From assembly GCA_964544275.1 (NCBI GenBank), contig CAZIZX010000002.1:96100-160099 (forward strand): a stretch of DNA of 64,000 bases. The letters run 5' to 3'. Shown piece by piece: positions 55,173 through 64,000 of the stretch. The notes under the pieces are model-generated. The model was not told the DNA's origin. It searched no databases and was given only the letters and a program-made list of their open reading frames with translations. This DNA is from an uncultured Gammaproteobacteria bacterium. GTDB taxonomy: Bacteria > Patescibacteriota > Microgenomatia > UBA12405. The position numbers and the translations under genes were made by a program. Position 1 is the first letter of the stretch, and each line of letters starts with the position of its first letter.

Positions 55173-57110
55173 TCATGGTTTATTTTGGGAGAGTAAATCA
55201 TTAAACTGTTCTTCGCTGATGATGGGTATGCCCAGCTTGAGGGCGGTTTTGTATTTACTGGAAGCAGAGTTGGTTTGGTTGGTTAAAAGAAAGTTAGTGG
55301 TGACGGAAACAGACGAAGATACTCTGCCGCCCTGGGATTCTATGTCGGCAATGATGTCTTTTCGGGGACGGGAGAGGCTGCCGGTAATGACGAAGGTCTG
55401 ATTGCCTAATTTATTTGGGGTTGATTCTTTTTTGATGTCGATTTGACCAAGAAGGGATAAAATAAAATCCCGGCGGTTTTTTATGCCCTCAACAATTTTT
55501 TGGGCTAGTGTACTTTTGATGCCGGGAAGATTTTCCAGGTCAGTTTGAGTGATATTCAGGATTTTTTGGGGTGTATCGAAGCCCGAGGTAATAAGTTGCT
55601 GGATTCTTTGGGAGCTGAAGTTGGGGATGACTGAGGCGTCGAATAATTGGCGCAGGGTAAGCTGTTTTTTGGTTTGGATTTCTCTGACAATGTTGGTGCC
55701 CGATTTGTCACCCAAGCCCTCCAACTCCTTGAAGTCTTCGATTTTGAGCTGGTAGAAATCACCTGGGAGGCGGACTTTTTCGGCTTCAAAAAGTTTTTTG
55801 ATGGTTTTTTTGGAGATATTTTTGATGTCGAGAGTTTTTATAAAAAGATTGAGACTGCCTAGGATTTGGGCGGGGCAATTGAAAATATTGGGACAGGATA
55901 TGTGTTTTTCGTCAATAATTAGGTTGGTGTTACAAGAGGGACATTTCTTTGGAGGGTAAGCGTGGCTTGGAGTGACTTTACTGGCAACTTTTTCAACATA
56001 AGGGATGACGTCGCCTCGGCGGCTGATTTCGACAATATCGCCGACATTAATATTTTTTTCCCGGATTAAATCATAATTAGCCAGAGAGGCAAAAGTTATG
56101 ACTGCTCCTGAAATTTCCACCGGTTCGACTTGGGCAACCGGAGTGACTGACCCCATAGGTCCGGTTTGCCAGTTGATACCGAGAATACGAGTTTCGTCAG
56201 TGTTGGCCGGGAATTTGTAAGCTACTTGACCTTTGGGGCGGTTGTTGTGGAAGCCCAGGGATTGTTGTAATTCCAAGTCGTTACTTTTTATAACTAAACC
56301 GTCTATCTCAAAGGGATAAGCCAATCTTTTTTGATTTAGAAATTGAGTATAGATTGATTCAACTTGAGAAAGGTTGGCACAATAGTAATTTTCGACAGTG
56401 ACAATGTTCATATTTTGGAGATAATCCATTTTTTCTTTTTCTGATTTGGGATTACTTTCCAAATTGATTAGATCGACGGCCATCAGGGTGCATAGTTGGC
56501 TATATTTACCGTCAAGGCGTTGGGAGATACCGGAAGCTGCGTTTCTGGGGTTACTGTAATTTTCGTCAGACAGGCGGTTTAAGTTGGCAAAATCTTTGTA
56601 GGTTACTAACAGTTCGCATCGGATGGAACCATTAAAGTTTTGATTCAAGTTTGGGCGGAAATTTTTCATTTTGACAACGTTTTGGGTAATGACATCGCCG
56701 ATCAGGCCGTCACCTCGAGTAATGGCATCGACTACCCTACCCTGACGGTATTCAATTTCAAGGGAAATTCCGTCACACTTGGGTTGAACCAGAAAATCGG
56801 TAGAATCGGGAATCTTTTTGAGACGGAAATAATTTTCTAGATCAGAAAAGTTGCTAACCTTGTTTTGAGATCCCATGGGGATAAGGTGTGGCTTTTTTTC
56901 AAAACCGGTATCGAACGAGGGTGTACCAACTTTGGAAAATAAACGGTGATGGGGATTTTTTTGGCGCAGGATTTCTTCGAGAGTATCGTAAGTGTGATCG
57001 TCCATGATGGGTTTGCCGGTGGTGTAATAGGCTTTTTTGGCATTGATCAAAATCTCTCCCAGATCTTGCGGGGAGATATTTTCCAAATCAATATCTTTGA
57101 GAGTAATCAT
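55173..57110 (-). CDS. ligA: NAD-dependent DNA ligase
   Basis: Domain Ia. Adenylation motif KxDG (PKCDGISLE). OB fold, Zn finger (CPSCNTNL..C..C), HhH and C-terminal BRCT. Confidence 0.9.
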   Translation of the reverse strand: MITLKDIDLENISPQDLGEILINAKKAYYTTGKPIMDDHTYDTLEEILRQKNPHHRLFSKVGTPSFDTGFEKKPHLIPMGSQNKVSNFSDLENYFRLKKIPDSTDFLVQPKCDGISLEIEYRQGRVVDAITRGDGLIGDVITQNVVKMKNFRPNLNQNFNGSIRCELLVTYKDFANLNRLSDENYSNPRNAASGISQRLDGKYSQLCTLMAVDLINLESNPKSEKEKMDYLQNMNIVTVENYYCANLSQVESIYTQFLNQKRLAYPFEIDGLVIKSNDLELQQSLGFHNNRPKGQVAYKFPANTDETRILGINWQTGPMGSVTPVAQVEPVEISGAVITFASLANYDLIREKNINVGDIVEISRRGDVIPYVEKVASKVTPSHAYPPKKCPSCNTNLIIDEKHISCPNIFNCPAQILGSLNLFIKTLDIKNISKKTIKKLFEAEKVRLPGDFYQLKIEDFKELEGLGDKSGTNIVREIQTKKQLTLRQLFDASVIPNFSSQRIQQLITSGFDTPQKILNITQTDLENLPGIKSTLAQKIVEGIKNRRDFILSLLGQIDIKKESTPNKLGNQTFVITGSLSRPRKDIIADIESQGGRVSSSVSVTTNFLLTNQTNSASSKYKTALKLGIPIISEEQFNDLLSQNKP

Positions 57111-57122
57111 TGATTTATTTTA

Positions 57123-58256
57123 CTAGACGTTGGAGAGGCAGTAGTAGGCCCCTTTGGTGGAGCCGCGTTTTTCGACAACTTTGTCATCGATGAGTTTCTT
57201 GAGGTCACGCCAAATAGTATCGTCAGAAACCATGGGGAGAAGTTGTTGGGCGTCGGGCATGCGAAGACCGCCAAATTGCTGCATGTATTCGACTAATTTG
57301 ATCTGGCGTTCGGAAAGATGGATTTGTTTACCACCCAGCTTTTGTTTGAATTTAATATCACGGGAAAGACTTTGAACTTTTTCTTTGACCCGAGTCAGTT
57401 CGATGGACAGGGCCTGGGTAAAATATTCAATCCAAGCGGTCATGTCTCTTTTGAAAATATCGGAAGAAGAATTGTGGGTTTGCTGGATGGTGTTGTAATA
57501 GCTTTCAGCATTTCGGTCAAAATATTCTTCGAGGGAGAAAAGACGGCGGATGTCGTAACCTTCGACAAAGAGGGGCAACATGGCAAAAGCCCGGGAACAA
57601 CGGCCATTACCTTCGATAAAAGGATGAATGGCGACCAGGACATATTGAGTGATAGCTGATCGGATAGACGGATGAACATCGCGAGAGGAGGGATGGTTGA
57701 GCCAGTCAAGAAAATCAACTATCAGGTATGGAACTTCGATGGCAGGTGGTGGACGATGGGCGATTTCGCCGGTACGGGTGTTTTTGAGGACCACTTGTTG
57801 ATGACGGTATTTACCAACTTCCGAGTCAGGGATAACTTTGGTGGTGGTCAATTCGTGGATTCTTTTGATAATTATTTGGCTGTAGAAAAATGGTCTTTTT
57901 TCATTTTCGTCATTAGCAGGAACAGTTTTTTCTTCGGGCAGGGGCATGTTGGCATCGTAGAGCGACCAGAGCTCCTCGAGGTAGTTCATAACGTTTCTAT
58001 AGTTAATTACCTCCTGAATATCCCGGTCGGTAGCAGTAATTTTTTGACCCTCAACCACTCGGGCGACTTCCTGAAAAGTGAGATCGTTGCCTTCGATTCG
58101 GGTACCAAAATGAACAGTCCGAACGATAGCTTCCTGCTGAAATTGTTTTTCGTAGGCCGGTATAAGTGGGGCTTCGTCAATGATCGCCTTGGCTCCTTCA
58201 ATGGTGGCTATGTTTTTTAGAATCTGATTATTGATGGTAAACAAAGGCGAAAACAT
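57123..58256 (-). CDS. Fic-family protein (AMPylator-type motif) with C-terminal winged-helix
   Basis: Canonical Fic motif HPFIEGNGRCSRAF. Confidence 0.8.
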   Translation of the reverse strand: MFSPLFTINNQILKNIATIEGAKAIIDEAPLIPAYEKQFQQEAIVRTVHFGTRIEGNDLTFQEVARVVEGQKITATDRDIQEVINYRNVMNYLEELWSLYDANMPLPEEKTVPANDENEKRPFFYSQIIIKRIHELTTTKVIPDSEVGKYRHQQVVLKNTRTGEIAHRPPPAIEVPYLIVDFLDWLNHPSSRDVHPSIRSAITQYVLVAIHPFIEGNGRCSRAFAMLPLFVEGYDIRRLFSLEEYFDRNAESYYNTIQQTHNSSSDIFKRDMTAWIEYFTQALSIELTRVKEKVQSLSRDIKFKQKLGGKQIHLSERQIKLVEYMQQFGGLRMPDAQQLLPMVSDDTIWRDLKKLIDDKVVEKRGSTKGAYYCLSNV

Positions 58257-58325
58257 TTGATTGATTATATCATTTTTATTAACATTTGTGAGGTGAAAAT
58301 GCGGTTATTTGAAAATACAATTTTT

Positions 58326-58973
58326 TCAGGAAAGAAAATAGTAGTCAAGAGCAGATTTGGGGTCAACGTTGTGCTTGATCATGGAGATGGCCTTGATGAT
58401 CTTGTTGATGTGTCCGGCTTTGATAGGTGTGGGGTGGTTTAATAGCTGCTGTTTTTGGAGTAATAGCTGTTCTTCCAGGATTGACAAGATTTGGTTTTTG
58501 TTTTGGGCAATCTTTTCTGAGGAAAGAAGGTTGGTTTGGATGTTGTGGCTGATTGAAAGGAGGTCGGTTTTTGGGACTTGGTTTGAGCTGGCGGCCTTTA
58601 TAATGTGAACCCGGGAAATAATGGTGGGCAGAAGGGCAGATGAGTTGGGAGCGGTCAGGATTAAGTAATTATCTTTACCGGGTTCTTCCAGAGTTTTTAG
58701 TAATGCATTTTGGGATTCTAAATTAAGCTGTTGAGCGTCGGAAATAATTACGATTTTGTTTTGGTGGCAAAACGGCTTTTGGGACAAAAAGTTTTTGATT
58801 TTTCGGATGACATCGATCCCCCAGCCTGAGTTCTGGTCGATATTGAGAATATCAGGGTTGTTGGGTGTGGGCAGGTTTTCTAAGGACAGGCAGATCAGGC
58901 TGATCTGTTTTCGGATAACAGAAAAGTTATTTGAGACGATGAGAGTGCTTTGGAAGTTACCGACTGTTGTCAA
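58326..58973 (-). CDS. holB: DNA polymerase III delta'-like clamp-loader subunit (degenerate N-terminus)
   Basis: AAA+ sensor/SRC region (NALLKTLEEP...LLPTIISRV). No Walker A. The ORF extends to 59138 but would overlap pilB by 134 nt. A TTG start at 58973 is proposed; the true start is uncertain. Confidence 0.5.
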   Translation of the reverse strand: MTTVGNFQSTLIVSNNFSVIRKQISLICLSLENLPTPNNPDILNIDQNSGWGIDVIRKIKNFLSQKPFCHQNKIVIISDAQQLNLESQNALLKTLEEPGKDNYLILTAPNSSALLPTIISRVHIIKAASSNQVPKTDLLSISHNIQTNLLSSEKIAQNKNQILSILEEQLLLQKQQLLNHPTPIKAGHINKIIKAISMIKHNVDPKSALDYYFLS

Positions 58974-58995
58974 GCTTATTAGAAAACTGTAATAT
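58967..58995 (+). promoter_or_regulatory. sigma70-like promoter for pilB (TTGTCA-N17-TAATAT), with the ATG 9 nt downstream (near-leaderless)
   Basis: Both hexamers seen in sequence, with a 17-nt spacer. Confidence 0.45.
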
Positions 58996-59004
58996 GTTGT
59001 TATT

Positions 59005-60744
59005 ATGAATGATACTGCCCAAAAAAGGTACAAGAACTTAACGGAGGTGTTGAAGGGCAAAGGTTTGATAGACGAAGAAAAGGCCAAGGAGATCCATTTA
59101 AGGCAGTTGAAGACGGGTGAAACGGAAGAAGAAATCATTAAGTCTTTGAGAGTAGTTACCGACGGAGAGTTTGTCCAAGCAAAGGCAGATTTACTGCGGA
59201 TCCCTTATGTTGATCTGGAGGCAATCGGGTTCTCGCCTGAAGCTTTGGCACTGGTTCCGGAAGGTGTAGCCACAAAATACAAGGTTTTTCCTTATAAACT
59301 GGATGCAAAGACGAAGACTATTTATGTGGCTATGGCTAATCCGTTGGATTTGGAGACGGTAGAATTTATCGAGAAAAAAACCAGTCTTAAGGTAGCGACC
59401 GCGATTTCGACAGAAAAACAGATAATGTCGTTTATTCGGGAGAAATATGAAAGAGAAAAAGGAATAACTTCTGAGGTGACCAAGGCTTTGGACGAGCAAA
59501 AGAAAGAAGAAAAGATAATCAAGGAAACTCAAAGAAAAGTTTCTTCAGAGGCACCAGTGGCCAAAATTGTAGAAACGATATTGGAATACGCAGTCAAATC
59601 CAGAGCTTCCGATGTCCATATCGAGCCGCAGGAGGACAATGTCCGGGTAAGGTACCGGATTGACGGAATATTGCAGGAAAAATATTTATTACCTCGTAAT
59701 GTCCAAGAGGCGGTGGTGTCGAGAATCAAGATTTTGGCCGATTTGAAAATTGATGAAAAAAGAGTACCTCAGGATGGCAGGTTTTTCTTCTCATCAGACG
59801 GCAACGATGTTGATTTGCGTATTTCTACTTTGCCGGCAACTTATGGTGAAAAGGTGGTAATGCGGTTGCTGAAGAAGTCACAGAAGGTACCAACCTTACC
59901 GGAGTTGGGATTGAGAGGTCTGGCTTTGAAAAATTTATCAAATAGTATTTTGAGGCCGCATGGAATTATTATTGTCTGCGGGCCGACCGGTTCAGGTAAG
60001 ACGACTACTTTATATTCGATATTGGACATCGTATCGACAACCAAGGTGAACGTGGTGACGATTGAGGATCCGGTAGAGTACCAAATGAAAGGGGTAAACC
60101 AGGTCCAGGTCAATGTCCAGGCCGGTTTAAGTTTCGCTTCGGCTTTGAGGTCTTTTTTGAGGCAGGATCCGGATGTTATTATGGTGGGCGAGGTTCGGGA
60201 TGCGGAGACAGCCGAGTTAGCAGTAAATGCCGCCTTGACCGGCCACTTAGTTTTCTCTACCTTGCACACGAACGATGCTGCCGGTGTGCCACCGAGACTG
60301 TTGGATATGGGGGTGGAGCCTTTTTTGCTGGTTTCCTCGTTAAACTGCGTGGTGGGACAGAGGGTATTGCGTCGGGTATGTCCCAATTGTGTTTCTCAGG
60401 AGGAAGCGTCGGCCGATGTTGAGGCAGAGATGAAGGTAACTTTGGGCCCGATTTACGACATGATTGAAGACAAATGGAAAAAGGAGGGCAAAAAAATCTT
60501 GTTGCCCAAGGTTGTGGGTTGTGAAAAGTGTAATAACTCAGGTTATTTTGGCAGGATTGCTATTTACGAAGTTATGCCGGTGACGGAAAAAATTAGTAAA
60601 CTGATAATTGAGAAAGCAGCAGCATCAGCGGTACAGAGGTTGGCTATGGAGGAAGGGATGCTGACAATGAAACAAGACGGATACGTTAAAGTATTAGAGG
60701 GGGTGACGACGATGGAGGAAGTCGTTCGGGTAGCCCAATATTAA
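59005..60744 (+). CDS. pilB: type IV pilus assembly ATPase PilB (GspE family)
   Basis: N-terminal GSPII_N domain, Walker A GPTGSGKTTT, Asp and His boxes, and a tetracysteine motif (CPNC...C..C). Confidence 0.9.
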   Translation: MNDTAQKRYKNLTEVLKGKGLIDEEKAKEIHLRQLKTGETEEEIIKSLRVVTDGEFVQAKADLLRIPYVDLEAIGFSPEALALVPEGVATKYKVFPYKLDAKTKTIYVAMANPLDLETVEFIEKKTSLKVATAISTEKQIMSFIREKYEREKGITSEVTKALDEQKKEEKIIKETQRKVSSEAPVAKIVETILEYAVKSRASDVHIEPQEDNVRVRYRIDGILQEKYLLPRNVQEAVVSRIKILADLKIDEKRVPQDGRFFFSSDGNDVDLRISTLPATYGEKVVMRLLKKSQKVPTLPELGLRGLALKNLSNSILRPHGIIIVCGPTGSGKTTTLYSILDIVSTTKVNVVTIEDPVEYQMKGVNQVQVNVQAGLSFASALRSFLRQDPDVIMVGEVRDAETAELAVNAALTGHLVFSTLHTNDAAGVPPRLLDMGVEPFLLVSSLNCVVGQRVLRRVCPNCVSQEEASADVEAEMKVTLGPIYDMIEDKWKKEGKKILLPKVVGCEKCNNSGYFGRIAIYEVMPVTEKISKLIIEKAAASAVQRLAMEEGMLTMKQDGYVKVLEGVTTMEEVVRVAQY

Positions 60745-60753
60745 TTAAAATAT

Positions 60754-61827
60754 ATGAACACAAAAATAAGAGAACTGATCAAACTGGCAGTAGCAAACAA
60801 GGCGTCGGATATTCATCTGACTGGCGGCGATGTTCCAAAAATCAGGGTTAACGGGGAATTAAAGGAAGTGCCGAGTTTTGGTGTGGCGGGTAATGCCCAG
60901 GAAATGGAAGGAATGATTTTCTCGATGTTGTCGCAGGAACAGAAAAATAAAGTGATTGAGGAGAGAGAGTTTGATTTGTCGGTGGCAGTGGAAGAGACAA
61001 GGTTGAGGGCTAATGTTTATTATCAGATGGGAAAGCTGTCATGTGCATTGAGGTTGGTGGCGGGAGAAATCCCAAGTTTTGAGCAATTGAATCTGCCCAA
61101 GAATTTCGTTTCGTTTGCCAGTTTGAAACAGGGATTTGTTCTGGTTACCGGTCCGACCGGGCACGGGAAATCTACTACCGTGGCTTCGATGTTGAATGAA
61201 ATAAATAATACCCGAAACTGTCATCTGGTGACGATAGAAGACCCGATTGAATACGTGATCAAACCGAAAAAAGCCCTGATCTCTCAAAGAGAGTTGGGTT
61301 CGGACACATTATCGTTTGATATGTCTTTGAGGTCTTGTTTGAGGCAGGATCCAAATGTGGTATTTGTAGGTGAGATGAGAGACCTGGAGACAATTTCGTC
61401 GGCTTTGACGGTGGCAGAGACGGGCCATTTAGTCTTCTCTACCTTGCACACCAATTCTGCTGCCCAGACTATTGACAGGATTATTGATGTGTTTCCCGAC
61501 GGTGTCAAAGGTCAAGTGAGAGTGCAGTTGGCTTCGGTGATTACGGCAGTTATTTCACAAAGATTATTACCTCGATTAAGTGGCGGGTTAATACCGGCAT
61601 TTGAAATGATGTTTGCCAGTGGTGCGGTTAAAAATGCTATTAGAGAGGGAAAAACCCACATGCTGGACAACATAATTCAAACCAGCGCTGATGTGGGGAT
61701 GATGAATCTGGAGACTTATCTGGCGACTTTGGTGAAACAGGGCGAGGTGAGCGAGGAGGTGGCAATGGATTATTGTTTGCGGCCGTCAGAATTACAAAGT
61801 AAGTTAAGAAGTGTAAGGATAAAATGA
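60754..61827 (+). CDS. pilT: twitching motility / retraction ATPase PilT
   Basis: Walker A GPTGHGKSTT, and the PilT-type core lacking the N1 domain. Confidence 0.85.
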   Translation: MNTKIRELIKLAVANKASDIHLTGGDVPKIRVNGELKEVPSFGVAGNAQEMEGMIFSMLSQEQKNKVIEEREFDLSVAVEETRLRANVYYQMGKLSCALRLVAGEIPSFEQLNLPKNFVSFASLKQGFVLVTGPTGHGKSTTVASMLNEINNTRNCHLVTIEDPIEYVIKPKKALISQRELGSDTLSFDMSLRSCLRQDPNVVFVGEMRDLETISSALTVAETGHLVFSTLHTNSAAQTIDRIIDVFPDGVKGQVRVQLASVITAVISQRLLPRLSGGLIPAFEMMFASGAVKNAIREGKTHMLDNIIQTSADVGMMNLETYLATLVKQGEVSEEVAMDYCLRPSELQSKLRSVRIK

Positions 61828-63038
61828 CAAAATATTCTTTTCGGGCAAAAGACTGGAATGGTAAAACTGTAAAGGGCGTGCTGGATGTGACCAGCAAAAA
61901 GGATGTTTTGGAGTCGGTCAAAAGCAGTGGTCTGGTGCCTTTGTTTGTGGCGGAGAAGAAAACAGGATTTTTGGACGAGATGAACAAGAAGGTCCTGGGA
62001 AAAGCGAACCTGAAGAGGATTACAGGGTTTACGAGGCAGTTGTCAACGATGATGACGGCCGGATTGCCCTTAACCGATGCGTTGTCGATGTTGAAAAACC
62101 AGATGGAGGAGAGCAGTCAGTTGTATGAGATTGTCGACGATGCTCTAAATACGGTTCGGGGTGGACATTCGTTGGGAAGCGCTCTGGAGAGATACCGGGG
62201 AGTATTCGGGGAGGCTTATGTGGCATCAATTAATGCCGGTGAAGAAGGAGGGGTGTTGGAGGAGGTATTGGCCAAGCTGGCGGTTGGACTGGAAAATGAG
62301 AGCGAGTTTCAGGGAAAGGTGAAAGGGGCGATGGTTTATCCGGCAATTGTGGTGACGGGAATGATTGCGGTGGCGATTTTGATGATGGTAGTGGTAATTC
62401 CGAAGTTGATGAGTCTGTACGATGATTTTGGGACGGCGGAGTTGCCGACGGCAACGAGAGTCCTGATGTCGATTTCCGGTGCCGCAGCCAAATTCTGGTT
62501 TTTGATTCCACTGGGGTTTTTTGGGGTGTTTTCGGCTCTGAGAACGGCCTATCAAAATAAAGAAATGAAGTTAAAACTGGACGGTTATAAGTTCAAGATC
62601 CCGATTGTTGGTGATTTGATTCGGAAAACGGTAATGGCCAATACTTCCAGGACCCTGTCGATGTTGTTGTCGGCTGGTATTTCTTTGGTTGAGGCGTTGA
62701 GGATAGTTTCCAATGTAGCTGGCAATGAGTTGTATTACAGGGCTTACAACAGAATCGCCGAAAGAGTCCAAAAAGGCTTTGGGATTGCTAACTCATTTGA
62801 TGAAGCGGGTGTTTTTCCTCCGATAGTTAATCAGATGGTGGAAACGGGTGAAGCCACCGGTAAACTGGACGAAGTGCTGATGAGGGTTTCGGATTATTTT
62901 TCGACGGAAGCGGAGCAGTCGGTAAAAGCGTTGACTTCGGCTATGGAACCTTTGATTATGATTGTTTTGGGTATCGGGGTGGCTTTTTTGGTAATTGCGG
63001 TGATAATGCCGATTTATAACTTGACATCGTCATTTTAG
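61824..63038 (+). CDS. pilC: type IV pilus inner-membrane platform protein PilC (GspF family)
   Basis: Two GspF repeats and 3 TM segments. Confidence 0.85.
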   Translation: MTKYSFRAKDWNGKTVKGVLDVTSKKDVLESVKSSGLVPLFVAEKKTGFLDEMNKKVLGKANLKRITGFTRQLSTMMTAGLPLTDALSMLKNQMEESSQLYEIVDDALNTVRGGHSLGSALERYRGVFGEAYVASINAGEEGGVLEEVLAKLAVGLENESEFQGKVKGAMVYPAIVVTGMIAVAILMMVVVIPKLMSLYDDFGTAELPTATRVLMSISGAAAKFWFLIPLGFFGVFSALRTAYQNKEMKLKLDGYKFKIPIVGDLIRKTVMANTSRTLSMLLSAGISLVEALRIVSNVAGNELYYRAYNRIAERVQKGFGIANSFDEAGVFPPIVNQMVETGEATGKLDEVLMRVSDYFSTEAEQSVKALTSAMEPLIMIVLGIGVAFLVIAVIMPIYNLTSSF

Positions 63039-63084
63039 TAGTCAATAATGATTGTTAACAAGCAATTAATTGTTAAATAAATAG

Positions 63085-63774
63085 ATGAAAAGAAAATTAA
63101 GATATACACAGGGCTTTACCCTGGTGGAGTTGTTAATTGTTATCGCACTGATCGCTATTTTGGCGGTAGGTATCTTGGCAACCATCAACCCGGTGGAACA
63201 GAGGAATAAAGCGAGTGATTCGAACACGTTGAATGATGCAGGTGAAGTGTTGAACGCTTATGAGAGGTATTATGCTAATACGAATTATTATCCGTGGATG
63301 ATTATTGATAATACCTATTTGACTGATACGGCCTATGGTACAGTGAGTAACAGAATTGGTGGAGGACTTTGTGGTACGAATACAGCAACTACTAATTCGC
63401 AGACAACTTGTTCAGGTTATGATTATCAGGGAGGGTTAATTGCAACCGATGAGTTGAAAGCTTCGTTTTTAAATAAGGGCTATACGTATAATGAAGGTTC
63501 TGTACCGGCAGGTACTACTTATAACTTGTTGAACATGTTGTTTGTCTTCAAGACTGGGGCTGAGCAGAATAACTCGATATATGTGTGTCATGTACCTAAA
63601 GCCAAGGCTAACAGGACTAGTGCTAACAGGTTGAAGGTGATTACGTTTGATGTAAATGGTACTCCAAGTGATCTTTCAGACGCGCCGGCTAGTGCTTTTG
63701 ATGCCAGTGGGAATCCAGTTTCCACCTACACTTTTCAAGATGTAGCCACGTCGCTATTTAAATGTGTGCCTTAG
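63085..63774 (+). CDS. type IV pilin (prepilin-type N-terminal cleavage/methylation domain)
   Basis: Class III signal RYTQG/FTLVELLIVIALIAILA. Variable C-terminal domain with Cys. Confidence 0.75.
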   Translation: MKRKLRYTQGFTLVELLIVIALIAILAVGILATINPVEQRNKASDSNTLNDAGEVLNAYERYYANTNYYPWMIIDNTYLTDTAYGTVSNRIGGGLCGTNTATTNSQTTCSGYDYQGGLIATDELKASFLNKGYTYNEGSVPAGTTYNLLNMLFVFKTGAEQNNSIYVCHVPKAKANRTSANRLKVITFDVNGTPSDLSDAPASAFDASGNPVSTYTFQDVATSLFKCVP

Positions 63775-63861
63775 GGTTTTTAAGTAAGGCTGATTAAAAC
63801 CCCGGTCGTGAGATCGGGGTTTTTGGTTGGAATAGAGGTTCCTTTACAGTAGAATGAAGGC

Positions 63862-64000
63862 ATGGATTTGATTGTTAGTTTTTTTATTTTTGCCTTAGGT
63901 TTGTGTTTTGGGTCATTTATTAACATGTTGGTATATCGGACGGCAGTTAACTACGAACTGAGGAGTAAGTTAAAAGTTGACAATGACAAGTACAGTTTTT
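63862..64000 (+). CDS. pilD: prepilin peptidase PilD (A24), 5' partial, continues beyond window
   Basis: N-terminus MDLIVSFFIFALGLCFGSFINMLVYR matches the PilD TM1 consensus. Confidence 0.55.
   Translation, partial: MDLIVSFFIFALGLCFGSFINMLVYRTAVNYELRSKLKVDNDKYSF

Noticed and set aside
1-64000. Looked for CRISPR arrays, rRNA genes, phage structural genes and a recoded stop codon.
   Set aside because: No regularly spaced direct repeats. No rRNA-like conserved blocks. No capsid, terminase or tail motifs. TGA clearly terminates rpmB and pilT, so standard code 11 applies.

Overview
This 64 kb window looks like a gene-dense stretch from a small-genome, moderately AT-rich bacterium, probably Candidate Phyla Radiation/Patescibacteria (inferred from gene content, not proven). 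Standard genetic code: TGA is used as a stop (for example rpmB and pilT). Most of the window is core housekeeping that I can recognise from motifs. This includes ribosomal proteins (rpmB, rpsB with an N-terminal extension, rpsU, rpsF, rpsR, rpmE), translation factors (tsf-frr, truncated prfA-like, pth, fmt-def) and tRNA synthetases (cysS, hisS). Replication and repair genes are dprA-topA, dnaX-ybaB-recR, ssb, dnaB, xerC/D-like, gyrBA, ligA and holB-like. Envelope and protease genes are mreB, PBP2, rseP, ctpA, htrA, M50, lgt-like, lspA and an LCP-like protein. There are three tRNAs: His(GTG), Leu(CAA) and Ala(CGC, with the G3:U70 identity pair). A complete type IV pilus/competence module sits at the 3' end: pilB-pilT-pilC-pilin-pilD (partial). 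Regions that stand out: (1) a five-gene secreted cohesin-like/dockerin-like cluster at 18.3-23.5 kb, including one LPxTG-anchored member; (2) two compositionally atypical GC-rich mini-genes at 13.7-14.8 kb, each preceded by the same ~20-nt motif and a long perfect hairpin and followed by a terminator, divergent from a large soluble VirD4/TraG-like ATPase; (3) an RF1-type release factor lacking domain 1; (4) a tyrosine recombinase bracketed by reiterated bipartite CCTATARTAAT palindromic motifs; (5) a small cassette with an HEPN-like Rx4H protein, and a Fic protein. No rRNA, CRISPR array or phage structural genes were seen.
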